NCBI GenBank assembly: GCA_018644935.1
Contig: JABGPL010000011.1
Location: 482 to 64,481 of the forward strand
DNA length: 64,000 nucleotides
Direction: 5' to 3'
Origin: Calditrichota bacterium
Lineage (GTDB): Bacteria > Electryoneota > AABM5-125-24 > Hatepunaeales > Hatepunaeaceae
Made by a program: the position numbers and the translations under genes
In this document: positions 18,330-29,348 of the stretch, one piece after another
Numbering within the stretch: the stretch's first letter is position 1
Layout of the letters: each line of letters begins with the position of its first letter
The notes under the pieces: model-generated
What the model was told of the DNA's origin: nothing
Database searches by the model: none
The model's input: only the letters and a program-made list of their open reading frames with translations

Positions 18330-20396
18330 CTATTTGATAAGCGTCATCTTTGAGAAGAAAGTGTTGGCTGAAGTTTGCATTCTGACGATATAGATTCCGG
18401 CTGAAACGTCTTTTCCGTCCCAGATTACCTGATGGTGACCAGCATTGAGAAGGCCAGTCTGCAATGTCTGAATTAACCTGCCGCTAATATTGTAGACTGA
18501 CAGGTTGACATCCATCGGTTTATCCACTGAGAAAGGAATGACTGTTGTGCTATTGAATGGATTTGGATAATTTGAACCAAGGGATAACTGAGTTGGAACA
18601 TTCGCCTGATCGTTTAGACCCAACCAGCCGACATTATTAATAATCAGGTTTTCCCATGTCATTGCGAGATTGTTTATCTCATCCATTGCTTCAATAATAA
18701 ACCAGACCGAATCACCCTCTGCGAGATTCAAGCGAACTGTAGCATCAACGGGGACGCTGAAGTAATATGTTTGAAAATTATCCTCTGCGGGTCTGGATAA
18801 ATATGGTTCAGCATATGCCCAGTCTATGTTAGGGTCTTGTGGGTGAAGGTTACTGAATTTGGCTCGAACGGAGCTTATATCATGTAATTCATCTGCAACG
18901 TCCGCTGAAATAACCCAATCTTCGTTTGATGTGAAAGTGTTTACTTCGACATTGTTGATTTCAGGTGGTTCCAAATCGGTTTCACCTAACTTTCCTGCGA
19001 AAGCCATCCACACGATGTCGTCAGGTCCTGCAACTATTTGAGCTTCAGTGAGGGTACCACCTTCAAAGCCATCGTCAAAAATAGACACCATTGTTTCAGG
19101 TTCACTCCAAGAATAACCTCCATCATCGGAATGATTCAAAGAAAATCCCTCAGAAGGTACCTGACCGTAAATATTTGAACCTACAAATATTCTGCCATTG
19201 GAGGAGTAAGTACCATTTGTACTGGAAAAAACTGATCTCACACCATCGTACTGTAGACTGTCCAAAGTAGTTATGGGATCAAATTGATCGTTGCCATAAC
19301 CGAGCCATGAGTATGTATACCAGTTATGATTAAATTCTCCCAGATTTGGAACACCTGTGGTACCAAAGACCCAGGGGGTTCCACCCTCGTTCACGTCAGG
19401 ATATAACATCAAGCTTGGGTAAGCGGAATTACTCGGGTATTGAAAAACGTTCCACTCATCATCATCCGCTCTCATGTACCCAATTGAAGTACTTTCATCT
19501 GAGTTATTAATCACAGTAAAGTAAACATATCCGAATAGATTATCCTGATCAATCGGATTAGTTGCAGCAAGCTGATAGCTTTCATATGTATCACTGGATG
19601 CACCTGTGAATACAGGTTCATCAATTTCGTTTAAGCCTGCATTTGCCCTCAGTGTGTAGTGATCGTACCGTTCAGTTTCCTCATTGTATATCTGAAACAG
19701 AATCCAGAGGTAGTCGTTGATGTGATAGGTTATGTGCGGGAAAAGATGTTCAGTATTTAAATTAATTGCAAGCTGAATCGGACTCTCATTCCATGAGATT
19801 CCACGGTCGGGTGATTTGAATGCTAAAATGGCAGCTCTCTCACCATCATCGGAATCATAATTCATAGTCATTATTACATAAAGGTCGCCATTGACATCTA
19901 TACCACCATCTGCCCATTGGAATAATCCACCTCGCTGCTCGTAAATCATCTTATAAATGATATCGCCATCAGTATTAATCTGGATGTCGTATAGACCGTT
20001 AACACGATGTTGAGGGTTATCCTGCCAGTTTATGTATGGGAGAATAGTGAAAATGTGCAGAGTTCCATTATTGTCTACGACCGTACCATAGTTATCGCAG
20101 ATTGGGCCCCAGGCGTGTTCTCTTTCTTCATCATCTCCCAGCCACATACCATGGTCACCTGTATCCATAATTTCTGACCATGTACGTCCGTAATTCACCG
20201 AATACCTGTAACGGTATGTTCTGAACACCTCAAGGTCTCGTTCTGGACCTGATGGATCCTCAGATGGATTACCCGGTGTTATGGTCTTTTCACTTGGAGA
20301 ATTGTCTGCATTGATATTAGCATATGCAAAATTGCCACATATGAACAGCAATGCAAAACAGGACGTAAAGACCAAAAAGTACTTAAAGTGGATCAT
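18330..20396 (-). CDS. Secreted protein with BNR/Asp-box beta-propeller, an Ig-like domain and a C-terminal sorting (T9SS-like/FlgD) domain
   Basis: Signal peptide; Asp-box motifs SVNYGRTW, SPDRGISW, SDDGGYSW; C-terminal NYPNPFNSTTVIPF..YNISGRLIQTL...KMTLIK. Confidence 0.8.
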   Translation of the reverse strand: MIHFKYFLVFTSCFALLFICGNFAYANINADNSPSEKTITPGNPSEDPSGPERDLEVFRTYRYRYSVNYGRTWSEIMDTGDHGMWLGDDEEREHAWGPICDNYGTVVDNNGTLHIFTILPYINWQDNPQHRVNGLYDIQINTDGDIIYKMIYEQRGGLFQWADGGIDVNGDLYVIMTMNYDSDDGERAAILAFKSPDRGISWNESPIQLAINLNTEHLFPHITYHINDYLWILFQIYNEETERYDHYTLRANAGLNEIDEPVFTGASSDTYESYQLAATNPIDQDNLFGYVYFTVINNSDESTSIGYMRADDDEWNVFQYPSNSAYPSLMLYPDVNEGGTPWVFGTTGVPNLGEFNHNWYTYSWLGYGNDQFDPITTLDSLQYDGVRSVFSSTNGTYSSNGRIFVGSNIYGQVPSEGFSLNHSDDGGYSWSEPETMVSIFDDGFEGGTLTEAQIVAGPDDIVWMAFAGKLGETDLEPPEINNVEVNTFTSNEDWVISADVADELHDISSVRAKFSNLHPQDPNIDWAYAEPYLSRPAEDNFQTYYFSVPVDATVRLNLAEGDSVWFIIEAMDEINNLAMTWENLIINNVGWLGLNDQANVPTQLSLGSNYPNPFNSTTVIPFSVDKPMDVNLSVYNISGRLIQTLQTGLLNAGHHQVIWDGKDVSAGIYIVRMQTSANTFFSKMTLIK

Positions 20397-21047
20397 TTCG
20401 ATACCTCAAAAATTTGTGTTTGTCGCACAAAAATGTTGAACGAAGGACAAACCGATACTATGCTTAGTTTAAGATTGTAACCAAGAACAGGCAAATTGTC
20501 AACAGTCAGCCGGGAGAAAATTTCAAAACACACTTCATTCCTCAAAATAATACGCATTTTTTACAAGTAGTTTTGTCCCATTGTGCTGTTCACAGAGCCA
20601 AATTGATAAATTTCGAGTTAATTTTGAAATAATCACAAAAAGTGGTTGATATCAAAATTGATTCTCGAGGCACCAATGGAAATATGTTGATTAATCCTTT
20701 AACTCAACTGTTTAACCGGGCTTAGTCAATTAAAGCAGAAAGCAAAATATAAGGCTAAGATACTTCAATTTATCAGAAAGTTAATTATTTCTAAGTGAAC
20801 TCTTTTGTACAGAAATAAATAATCTCAATTGTCCTTACAGCAAGGACTTTAACGCCTCATCATCAGGATGCAGAATGGTTACAGTAAAACTGGTTGATTA
20901 ACAGGTTTCAACTACGCGACAGTGCTGTTATTCGTCTGGTGAGTGAAAGCGGATCCGAATATTCATCCATCGCTAGATAAGTTGTGCGAATTGTCAATGT
21001 GGGAGATGCGTCTCTGGGTAGAATACAATAAAACCTAATCAAGTGTT

Positions 21048-21554
21048 TTATTCAATTGTAATCAGTAAATCACCCTTGTTAACAGCCATACCTGGAGAAA
21101 CAGCACACTTTTTCAGAATACCGTCAATAGGAGCAGAGATTTCATTTTCCATTTTCATAGCTTCAACAACAATTACTCCCTGTCCTTTCTGTACCGTTTC
21201 ACCTACTTCCCGCAGGAGTTTTACAATTAATCCTGGCATAGGAGCCTTAATCTCTCCTATCTTTTCATGTTTCTGAGCCTTGTTTCCCATCAATTTTCTA
21301 ATTGAATCTGTTCTTTCATCACATATTTTTAGATCAACACTATCGCCATTAACCTTGATATTATGCATATCAGAGTTATGGTTAACTTCAATTTGGAATG
21401 GATGGTGATTGATTTTCAGGGATGTTACACCATTCAGGTTGCTGTAACTGTCAAGTTTAATTGAATCACCATTAATGGATGGATTTTCCTCCCATCCGGC
21501 AGATGGAATTTCAACGTTGTGACGCTTGCCTTTCAAATCTATGAAGAATTTCAT
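21048..21554 (-). CDS. Biotin carboxyl carrier (biotinyl-attachment) protein
   Basis: APMPG...EAMKMENEISAP biotinylation motif. Confidence 0.9.
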   Translation of the reverse strand: MKFFIDLKGKRHNVEIPSAGWEENPSINGDSIKLDSYSNLNGVTSLKINHHPFQIEVNHNSDMHNIKVNGDSVDLKICDERTDSIRKLMGNKAQKHEKIGEIKAPMPGLIVKLLREVGETVQKGQGVIVVEAMKMENEISAPIDGILKKCAVSPGMAVNKGDLLITIE

Positions 21555-21805
21555 GTTAACTCAGAGTTCCAAAAAAATTGATGATAATTAAAACTAAGAT
21601 AAAATCGTTCGAATTCAAACGATAAGAAAATTCTATAATTTACTCAGGACAAATATTTTGTTATAAATCTTGACAATTTAGCGTTGAGACGTTAACTTTG
21701 GTCATTCAAAAGTTTGTAGCAGGCTCTCCTTGTTTGATTTAGTGGGAGTTCAAAAGTCCTGAATTTGATTTTCTTCAGTGTTTCAGTGTTTAAGATTAGG
21801 CCGAG

Positions 21806-22726
21806 ATGAAAAAAGCTTCCTGGAAGTTGTTGATCATGCGGGATGGAAAATCTTCGCAACGCACAATAAACTTCTCTCGTCAAAAAGCCATTTGGATCGC
21901 TTCATTTATTTTTATCATAATCGGATCTATGAGTTTCATGGCGAGCCGTTTTGTGAATCGGCATTTGACTCAAATTGCTTTAAATGAAGTAAAGAATGAA
22001 AACCTCGAGTTGAGAAGACAACTCGTTGTTATGGATGACCGTGTAGCTGAAATTCAAACCAACCTTACAGACCTTTTTGAAAAGGATGACCACCTCCGAC
22101 TTACCGCTGGAATGCCGCGTATTGATGATGAAGTTCGGCAAGTTGGCATCGGTGGGGCAACTCCACATAACATCGCTTATGGCAACGGCGATGAATCCAT
22201 CCAGCAAATGATTTTTGACATTGATAAAATTGAACGTGAAATTCGTTTGCAATATTCCAGCTTTTTAGAAATTGATAAAAAAATCAGATTGAATGCCGAT
22301 CTGATAGCACACACACCTTCGATTCGACCTGTTGAAGGGGGATATACAAGCTCGCGCTTTGGGATGCGAACGGATCCTTTTTCTGGAAAATGGAAACAGC
22401 ATAATGGGCAAGATATTGTACAGGTACGCGGAGCCCCGGTTTATGCAACCGCAAATGGCAAGGTTGTTTTCTCCAAAAACGCACCTGGATTTGGTAAACT
22501 TGTGATTATCGATCATGGTTATTCGTTCAAAACTTCATATGGCCACTTAGGTAGATTGCTGGTAAAGAAAGGTCAAACAGTTGAGCGGGGACAGAAAATT
22601 GGTGAGATTGGCAATACAGGAAGATCTACTGGTCCTCATCTTCACTATGAAGTAACTGTAAACAAAAAAGCTGTAGATCCAATTGATTACATGTACGATG
22701 ATTTCGCAGTAAGAAGTTATAAATAA
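21806..22726 (+). CDS. M23 family metallopeptidase (murein endopeptidase) with TM and coiled coil
   Basis: HNGQD, YGHL and GRSTGPHLHYEV motifs. Confidence 0.93.
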   Translation: MKKASWKLLIMRDGKSSQRTINFSRQKAIWIASFIFIIIGSMSFMASRFVNRHLTQIALNEVKNENLELRRQLVVMDDRVAEIQTNLTDLFEKDDHLRLTAGMPRIDDEVRQVGIGGATPHNIAYGNGDESIQQMIFDIDKIEREIRLQYSSFLEIDKKIRLNADLIAHTPSIRPVEGGYTSSRFGMRTDPFSGKWKQHNGQDIVQVRGAPVYATANGKVVFSKNAPGFGKLVIIDHGYSFKTSYGHLGRLLVKKGQTVERGQKIGEIGNTGRSTGPHLHYEVTVNKKAVDPIDYMYDDFAVRSYK

Positions 22727-22738
22727 GAGATATTTAGC

Positions 22739-23992
22739 TTATTCAATTCTGGAGAGCTTCTGTCTTCTTCCGAACATAGATAAAAGGACGTAACCCAGAC
22801 CGGCGATAAGTGCTATTAGTGAGATGCCCATCCAGACATGGATGGGTTTTTCTGTATAGTCAAGTAACAATCCCCCAATTAATGGTCCAACAGCCCACCC
22901 CATCATCAGCACCATACTGTACGCACCCATGTAAGCTCCTGATTTTCCAGCTGGAGCCAGTGATGATACGTATGCACTCGCGGTCGGACTTTCAATCATC
23001 TCACCAAATGTAACAATGATGATTCCCGTTACAACACCCATAAAACCACTTGCAAATCCAACACCAAGATAGCCGACCGCATATAAGATTGCCGCGATAA
23101 TCATGAGCCGCAGGGACTTCAAGTGCCTGATCTTGTGTGCAAGAGGTACTTGAAGGATTGCTACAATCATGGCATTTATAAAGAAAAACATGCCAATTTG
23201 CATTTTTGGAAGACCCAAATTGGATGATGAATGGATTGAAACAGTCATGAGTAGTTGACCTCTGACCAGAGTTAAGAGTAAAGTTACACCCAGGAAAAGA
23301 ACCACATATGGGTCTTCTTTGATGAGTCGGAAAGTATTACTCTTTACGCCTACCGGTTGTGGTGTCCAGGTTTCTTTGACCTTGGCGGAAGTTAGAATGG
23401 TGACAATAATGAGTGTAATGGCTGTTGAAACGAATAACCAGTGATATCCGAATCCGATTATTAATCCACCAATTGCCGGTCCAAGAGCCCAACCAAGATT
23501 TCCGCTAACTCGTATTACACCATATGCTTCCCGTCTTTTCTTCACTGGGGTTACATCTGCTACTATTGCGTCAGTAATCGGCATAATTGAGCTACCAAGA
23601 ATGCCACTGATTGTCCAGAATATCGCAAAAACCAGAAAAATTTGTTTCGACCAGACTAAATAAGCGATCAATAGGAATGTTATTGAGCGGGAAGCTAAAG
23701 ATGGAACGAGAAGTCTCTTCCGACCAAACCGATCCGAAAGTGAACCTCCAAATGCTCCCATGCTCGAACCAATTATTCCTGAAATAGTGAGCATCAGTCC
23801 GATTTTAGTAACCGGAATTGAGAGCTCCTCATTTAGATAAAGTGACAGAAACGGAATTGATAATGCAAATCCGAGCGAGCTGATGGATCTGATTAATGCG
23901 ACCCAGGCTATTGTCCGGTCAATTTCAAGAAGACTCTTTACAAATTTGAATTTAATCAGATTGTTATGAAGGGATTCTTTCAAGGACGCCAA
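22739..23992 (-). CDS. MFS transporter
   Basis: About 12 TM helices; motif A GSLSDRFGRKR; overlaps the end of nadE. Confidence 0.92.
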   Translation of the reverse strand: MASLKESLHNNLIKFKFVKSLLEIDRTIAWVALIRSISSLGFALSIPFLSLYLNEELSIPVTKIGLMLTISGIIGSSMGAFGGSLSDRFGRKRLLVPSLASRSITFLLIAYLVWSKQIFLVFAIFWTISGILGSSIMPITDAIVADVTPVKKRREAYGVIRVSGNLGWALGPAIGGLIIGFGYHWLFVSTAITLIIVTILTSAKVKETWTPQPVGVKSNTFRLIKEDPYVVLFLGVTLLLTLVRGQLLMTVSIHSSSNLGLPKMQIGMFFFINAMIVAILQVPLAHKIRHLKSLRLMIIAAILYAVGYLGVGFASGFMGVVTGIIIVTFGEMIESPTASAYVSSLAPAGKSGAYMGAYSMVLMMGWAVGPLIGGLLLDYTEKPIHVWMGISLIALIAGLGYVLLSMFGRRQKLSRIE

Positions 23993-25614
23993 CGTTGAGC
24001 CAAAGGAATTCTCCTGCCAAATCCAAAAGCCTTGGATGTGAGTTTGATACCCGGAGGAGCCTGCCGACGTTTATATTCGCTTAATCGAACGAGTGAAAGA
24101 ATTCTCTCTGAAATGTTTGAGTCAAATCCTGCTTTTACCAACGCGGGATGATCCAATCCTTCGACTATGTGTTTTTCGAGAATGTTATCAAGAATATCAT
24201 ATGGAGGTAATGAATCGGAATCGAGTTGATTTGGACGCAATTCTGCTGATGGTGGTTTAGTTAATATTGAATCCGGAATAATTTCTTTTTCTCGATTTAT
24301 CTTATGACAGATCTCATAGACCATCGATTTTGGAACATCCGAGATTACAGCCAATCCCCCCGCCATGTCTCCATAGAGAGTGCAATATCCGGTAGCCAGC
24401 TCAGATTTATTTCCCGTTGTCAATAAAAGGTGACCATTTTTATTAGATAATGCCATTAGGAGGTTTCCACGGATACGGGCCTGGATATTTTCATCCGCAA
24501 CGCCAGGATTATCAGCACTGAGTATATCGGGGATAGAGTTAGTGTAGGAATCCATTAATTTTGAAATTGGTTTGATCTTGTATGATATGTTTAGGTTCCT
24601 GGCGAGATTCTCAGAGTCATAGATTGAGCCATCACTGGAGTAATGTGATGGCATCAGCAGAGCCTCCATGTTTTCGGCACCAAATGCACGGGCTCCAATG
24701 ACTGCCACAAGTGCAGAATCTATACCACCGGACAAACCAACAAGCCCTTTGGTAAACCCGCACTTCCTGGCGTAATCTCTTGTACCAAGGACCAACGCAT
24801 CGATTGCTGCTTCAATATCATCAGCTGGAGATTTATATTCAATGCCTTTTCCATCAGTATCAAAGAAAAGCAAATCTTCTTTGAACTCCCGACCCTGACA
24901 AATTAACTCACCTTTTGAGTTAAATGCCATGCTGTCACCATCAAAAACCAGGTCATCGTTTCCACCTATTGAGTTAACAAAACAGAATGTCGTTTTGTGA
25001 TTGGTAGCAAAAGCACTAAACACCTTTCTCCGGAAATGTCTTTTGATTAAAGTGAAGGGAGATGCAGCTATATTGATAATGATTGAAGCACCCGCTTTGA
25101 CCAATGCTTCTCCTGGATCGGTATTATACATTCTGTGCTTCCAGAAATCGGGATCATTCCACACATCCTCACAAATGGTAATCCCGATCTTCATTCCGTG
25201 GAATTCAATTACATCAACACTCTGTGCTGGATCAAAATACCTACTCTCGTCGAAAACATCATACGTGGGGAGAAGAGATTTTCTTTGCACAAATGAAATT
25301 TTGCCATTATCGATAAGAGCTGCTGAATTGTAGAGACCCTTTCCAAATTTCCCATTGTGTCTTTCCGCAAAACCAACTATTACACCGATACCAGAGACTG
25401 AATCAACCACTCGATCAAGTGCACCGAGGTTTTGATCGATAAACCGGGTTCTTTCGAGAAGATCGTGTGCAGGATACCCGGGAATACATTGTTCAGGAAA
25501 TACACACAGGTCAGCACCCGAATCCTTTGCTTGCCCAGAGATTTGAATGATCTTATTGGCATTCCCCTGGAAATCGCCTATTGTAGTGTTAATCTGTGCG
25601 AGTGCTATTTTCAT
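23980..25614 (-). CDS. nadE: Glutamine-dependent NAD+ synthetase
   Basis: Nitrilase domain (FPE, K..LPTYDVFDE, ICED) plus synthetase domain (GLSGGIDS, ENIQARIRG, TGNKSE, PSAELRP). Confidence 0.96.
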   Translation of the reverse strand: MKIALAQINTTIGDFQGNANKIIQISGQAKDSGADLCVFPEQCIPGYPAHDLLERTRFIDQNLGALDRVVDSVSGIGVIVGFAERHNGKFGKGLYNSAALIDNGKISFVQRKSLLPTYDVFDESRYFDPAQSVDVIEFHGMKIGITICEDVWNDPDFWKHRMYNTDPGEALVKAGASIIINIAASPFTLIKRHFRRKVFSAFATNHKTTFCFVNSIGGNDDLVFDGDSMAFNSKGELICQGREFKEDLLFFDTDGKGIEYKSPADDIEAAIDALVLGTRDYARKCGFTKGLVGLSGGIDSALVAVIGARAFGAENMEALLMPSHYSSDGSIYDSENLARNLNISYKIKPISKLMDSYTNSIPDILSADNPGVADENIQARIRGNLLMALSNKNGHLLLTTGNKSELATGYCTLYGDMAGGLAVISDVPKSMVYEICHKINREKEIIPDSILTKPPSAELRPNQLDSDSLPPYDILDNILEKHIVEGLDHPALVKAGFDSNISERILSLVRLSEYKRRQAPPGIKLTSKAFGFGRRIPLAQRWRP

Positions 25615-26011
25615 CTATTCTGTTCACGTAAAGGAGTTGACTTATTTTGCGCTATGAGAATCGAAGAACGACCGAAAGTTGAACGATGCAACCTGAAGGC
25701 CATCTCATCAATAAACATCAATTGAATTTAGATTCGCAATTATTCTAAGTCAAGCAAGCAATGATTATTCGTCTCGATAGAAATAAGGAATCAATGCATA
25801 ACTGCCAAACTATGTGCTGAAACGAACCTGGTGGCATTGACTTTCAAATCCCCGAACCTTGACATAACTTCTTTTTTTTTCTATCTTCCTCTTGTACATT
25901 TTAACATGTAGGTTTTTGGAGGAGCCTAAAGTGTTAAATATACTATATTAAACTACGCGTTTTGATTTCTCCTTAACAAATACCTTTCAAAACCCAAGCT
26001 GCGGAATAATT

Positions 26012-27250
26012 ATGTATGCATTTAAGGACCGTGATAAGACCATTCCGATGATCCAAATGTTACTCTTTGGAACATTGGTAGTTGCGACTCCGTTTGTCGT
26101 TGTTGTTAGATATCTTCAGGGCGCAGTCCATGATTTATCTCACCTGATGTGGTCACCTTTTGGGATCGAGATTCCTATTATTGCTACTGCCGTTGTTGCA
26201 GGATTTATTGCATTTATCGTTTGGCAAAGAAGTAAGATCAATAAAGTCAGCCTTACCGCATCACTGGTTATTGTTGCGATGATAACCCTTGCTCAAAATG
26301 TACAGGATCTTTATGGTGATATGTCTGTTTATGATCTGCAACGGAATTGGCACTATATTGCATATGGAGGTTTCTCATTCTTTTTCTTCCAGGCATTTTT
26401 TGCACGCGGTATGTCCATTGCTCACATGATCTTTTACTCATTCGTTTGCGCAATTGGTATGTCCGTTTTTGATGAGTTCTTCCAGTTCTTCATGTCTAAC
26501 AGAATTTTTGATATTTCTGATATTGCAAAAGACTCCTGGGGATCCATCATTGGATTGATTCTTGTTCTATTTGTTTCCCAAAAATGGGGAACAGTAAACT
26601 TGGGAGAGCACACAGTCTGGCAAAAAAGGTTAATAGATTATGTAAACAATCCCTTAGGTGCGTTCACTGTGATCGGAACCTTTTCCTTTATGTTAATTAT
26701 TAACAGTCCTTTATTGACTGATGATCGTCATGCTTTCTTATTGATGATGGTAGTTTGCGCTGCAACTGTGTTTACACTTGTTATCATCCATCTTCTTCAA
26801 TTTCCTCGCATTCGCTTAGCAATCATTTCCACCACAGTAGTTTTTTTGTTATTGCTTTCTGGCAGCTTCTTTATGCATAAAAACTCATACATTACATACG
26901 CGAAAAATGGCTTGACAATTTACAAGGGCCTACCTATTGTCGGATGGGATGTGATGATTTACCCCAGCGGATTTCCACGACTTGTCGATAAGAAACATTT
27001 CTTTAATGGTCAGGACAAACAATTCTTTCTAAAACAGGATAATGTAGATATCATCCTGTTTGGCAGTGGGTATGAAGGTAATGGTGCTAAGGGATTTAAA
27101 ATGGAAGAAGGAGCCTTCTTTATATACGATGAGTACCATCTTAAAGCCACACAGGTGATTATCATGAAGACTCAAGATGCAGTCAAGGTCTATAATCGTT
27201 TGATGGAAGAAGGAAAGAGTGTTTTATTTGTGTTACACAGTAACTGTTAG
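26012..27250 (+). CDS. Membrane protein with a VanZ-like domain and a C-terminal Mth938-like domain
   Basis: HYIAYG...DEFFQ...RIFDISD VanZ-like motif; C-terminal DIILFGSG...T.DAVKVYN.L....VLHSNC resembles Mth938/AAMDC. Confidence 0.7.
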   Translation: MYAFKDRDKTIPMIQMLLFGTLVVATPFVVVVRYLQGAVHDLSHLMWSPFGIEIPIIATAVVAGFIAFIVWQRSKINKVSLTASLVIVAMITLAQNVQDLYGDMSVYDLQRNWHYIAYGGFSFFFFQAFFARGMSIAHMIFYSFVCAIGMSVFDEFFQFFMSNRIFDISDIAKDSWGSIIGLILVLFVSQKWGTVNLGEHTVWQKRLIDYVNNPLGAFTVIGTFSFMLIINSPLLTDDRHAFLLMMVVCAATVFTLVIIHLLQFPRIRLAIISTTVVFLLLLSGSFFMHKNSYITYAKNGLTIYKGLPIVGWDVMIYPSGFPRLVDKKHFFNGQDKQFFLKQDNVDIILFGSGYEGNGAKGFKMEEGAFFIYDEYHLKATQVIIMKTQDAVKVYNRLMEEGKSVLFVLHSNC

Positions 27251-27308
27251 TGGTAAGGATCTCTCTTATGGGGCATTGTTTAATGTTCGCAGTTGGAGTC
27301 AGGCCTAG

Positions 27309-28299
27309 ATGATGCAAAGAATACAACAAAAAAAGCTGTTCGTTATTGGGTGGATCGCATTACTCTGCCCATTATCAATTGTACTTGCTTTAATGATATT
27401 TGGTAGAACGTCATGGGTAAAAGATAAGTCACAGATTGGTGGATATTCTGAGGCTATGGACATTGTCGATTATGGTCGAAATTACATGCGTCAAGGTGAT
27501 TTTCAGATGGCTTTGTTTCACTTTAATGCCGCATTAGAAATTCAACCAGGCATAGCAGAGACTTACATGGCGCTGGGGAATCTGTACCACCGAATTAAAA
27601 ATAACAATGCTGCAATATCAAGCTTTCAAAAGGCGATAAGCTTATCCCCTCCCAAGAAAGAGGTGATTTATAATGACCTTGGAATGATTTATGTTGAATT
27701 GGGTGATTTTCAATCAGCAACAAAGAATTTCCGCAAGGCAGCTACACTGGGTATTAGACAAGCACTAATATGGCGAAATATAGCGATGGCAGAGATGGAG
27801 TTGGATAATTATGATAAAGCAATATATGCATGTCAACAGGCGATTAAGAATAGACCAACACTGAAGAACCAGTACACTGAAGAACCAGTACACTGAAATG
27901 CTAAAAGAGAAACTCGCTGAAGATTTAAATGATGATTGCCATCAAATAGTTGAGAGGCTTCTGTCTCAAGAAATAGATGAGAAATTCCTTAGTACTTATG
28001 ATGATAAAGTGGTTCAGTACTGGATGCGTCGTGAGCCATTTTTGTTTGAAGATATCCTCTGTCTCGCAAGGGCGTATGAGGAAAATGGTCAGATTGACAA
28101 AGCGATAGACAATTATCGCAGAGTGACCAAAATGCAACAAAATCGATCTAGCATATACAACAGATTAGGATTATTGTTGGCTAAACAAGGCAGATTTGAT
28201 GAGGCTGAACTGATATTTGTTGAGGCACTTAATGTTAATCCAGACAACCAGGGGGCTCAAAAAGCTCTCAAGAAATTGAGGACAACAGGTAGTTATTAG
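27309..28299 (+). pseudogene. Membrane-anchored TPR protein interrupted by a 16-nt tandem duplication (ORFs 27309-27896 and 27898-28299)
   Basis: ACACTGAAGAACCAGT occurs twice (27858-27889). Removing one copy fuses both ORFs into 324 aa, colinear with the 325-aa paralog next door. Confidence 0.85.
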
Positions 28300-28370
28300 A
28301 CTATCTGTATTATCCTGTTGGTTACAATAGCTGTTCATGGTTTGATGCAGTGAAATGTTTGAGGTAAAAA

Positions 28371-29348
28371 GTGAAGATTAAGAGAAAGCTATATTTTTAC
28401 GGATGGCTCGTTTTATTTGTTCCAATGAGCCTCGTAGTAGGGTTGCAATTTCTCTATTTGGAAGAACTGCCCTGGGTAAAAAATCAATCGAGTAGAGGTG
28501 CTCAAGCTGAAGCTTTGACTGCAAATTCACTCGGTCTGATCGCGATGAATAATGGTTCTTTTCAAGAAGCATATGGTCAATTTAAGTTTGCTATTAAAAC
28601 TAAACCCGATTATGCTGAGCCTATCATGAACCTTGGAATTTTAAGCCATAAAATGGGGAATGAAAATTTGGCTATCCAATATTTATGGCAAGCTATTGAT
28701 AAGAATCCAAGAAAAAGGGATATGATTTACAATAATCTTGGATTGGTTTACGCAGCGAGGGCTGAGTATGATACCGCAAAAGCTATGTTTCACAAAGCTT
28801 TAGATCTTGGGCTCAGACCTGCTCCGATTTGGAAGAACATCGGCCAGGTAGAAGAGGCCCAGGGAAATATTCCATCTGCGATAAAAGCCTACTCCAATTC
28901 TGTCGAAAGCAGACCTACATTAATGAATATGTATGTTGAAATTCTACAGGAAGCTCTGTATTCACAGGAGAACGATGATTATTCCGGGAAAGTGCGTGCA
29001 CAGCTTGATAATGGCATCAAGGATGAAGATCTCGCACCATATGACTCCGTAATTGTTAATCTATTTCTAAGTCGCAATATTAAGGTAGCTGAAAGCTATA
29101 AAGATCTTGCAATAGCTTTCGAAATGAATGGACAGATAGATGAAGCAATTTATAATTTCCGTGAGGCTCTTGAAATCAAACCTGACTGGTCTGCTATTCA
29201 AAACAGAATTGGGATTATATTTGCGAAAGGTGAAAATTATCAGGCTGCTAAACGAGAATTCGAAGGAGCATTAATGTCAAATCCTCACAACCAGGAAGCA
29301 ATTCGTAATCTTGAGATGGTGAATGAGAGAATTCAGAAGAAGCTATAA
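28371..29348 (+). CDS. Membrane-anchored TPR-repeat protein
   Basis: N-terminal TM helix; TPR motifs (YNNLGLVYA, WKNIGQV, NRIGIIFA); GAGG RBS. Confidence 0.88.
   Translation: MKIKRKLYFYGWLVLFVPMSLVVGLQFLYLEELPWVKNQSSRGAQAEALTANSLGLIAMNNGSFQEAYGQFKFAIKTKPDYAEPIMNLGILSHKMGNENLAIQYLWQAIDKNPRKRDMIYNNLGLVYAARAEYDTAKAMFHKALDLGLRPAPIWKNIGQVEEAQGNIPSAIKAYSNSVESRPTLMNMYVEILQEALYSQENDDYSGKVRAQLDNGIKDEDLAPYDSVIVNLFLSRNIKVAESYKDLAIAFEMNGQIDEAIYNFREALEIKPDWSAIQNRIGIIFAKGENYQAAKREFEGALMSNPHNQEAIRNLEMVNERIQKKL

Noticed and set aside
20397-21047. 650-bp intergenic gap as a possible RNA gene or small ORF
   Set aside because: Only ~20-codon ORFs without an RBS and small hairpins were found; no tRNA, SRP, 6S or riboswitch hallmarks recognised.
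27894-27900. TGA as selenocysteine, readthrough or a programmed frameshift
   Set aside because: The downstream ORF is in a different frame, and the break is fully explained by the 16-nt duplication.
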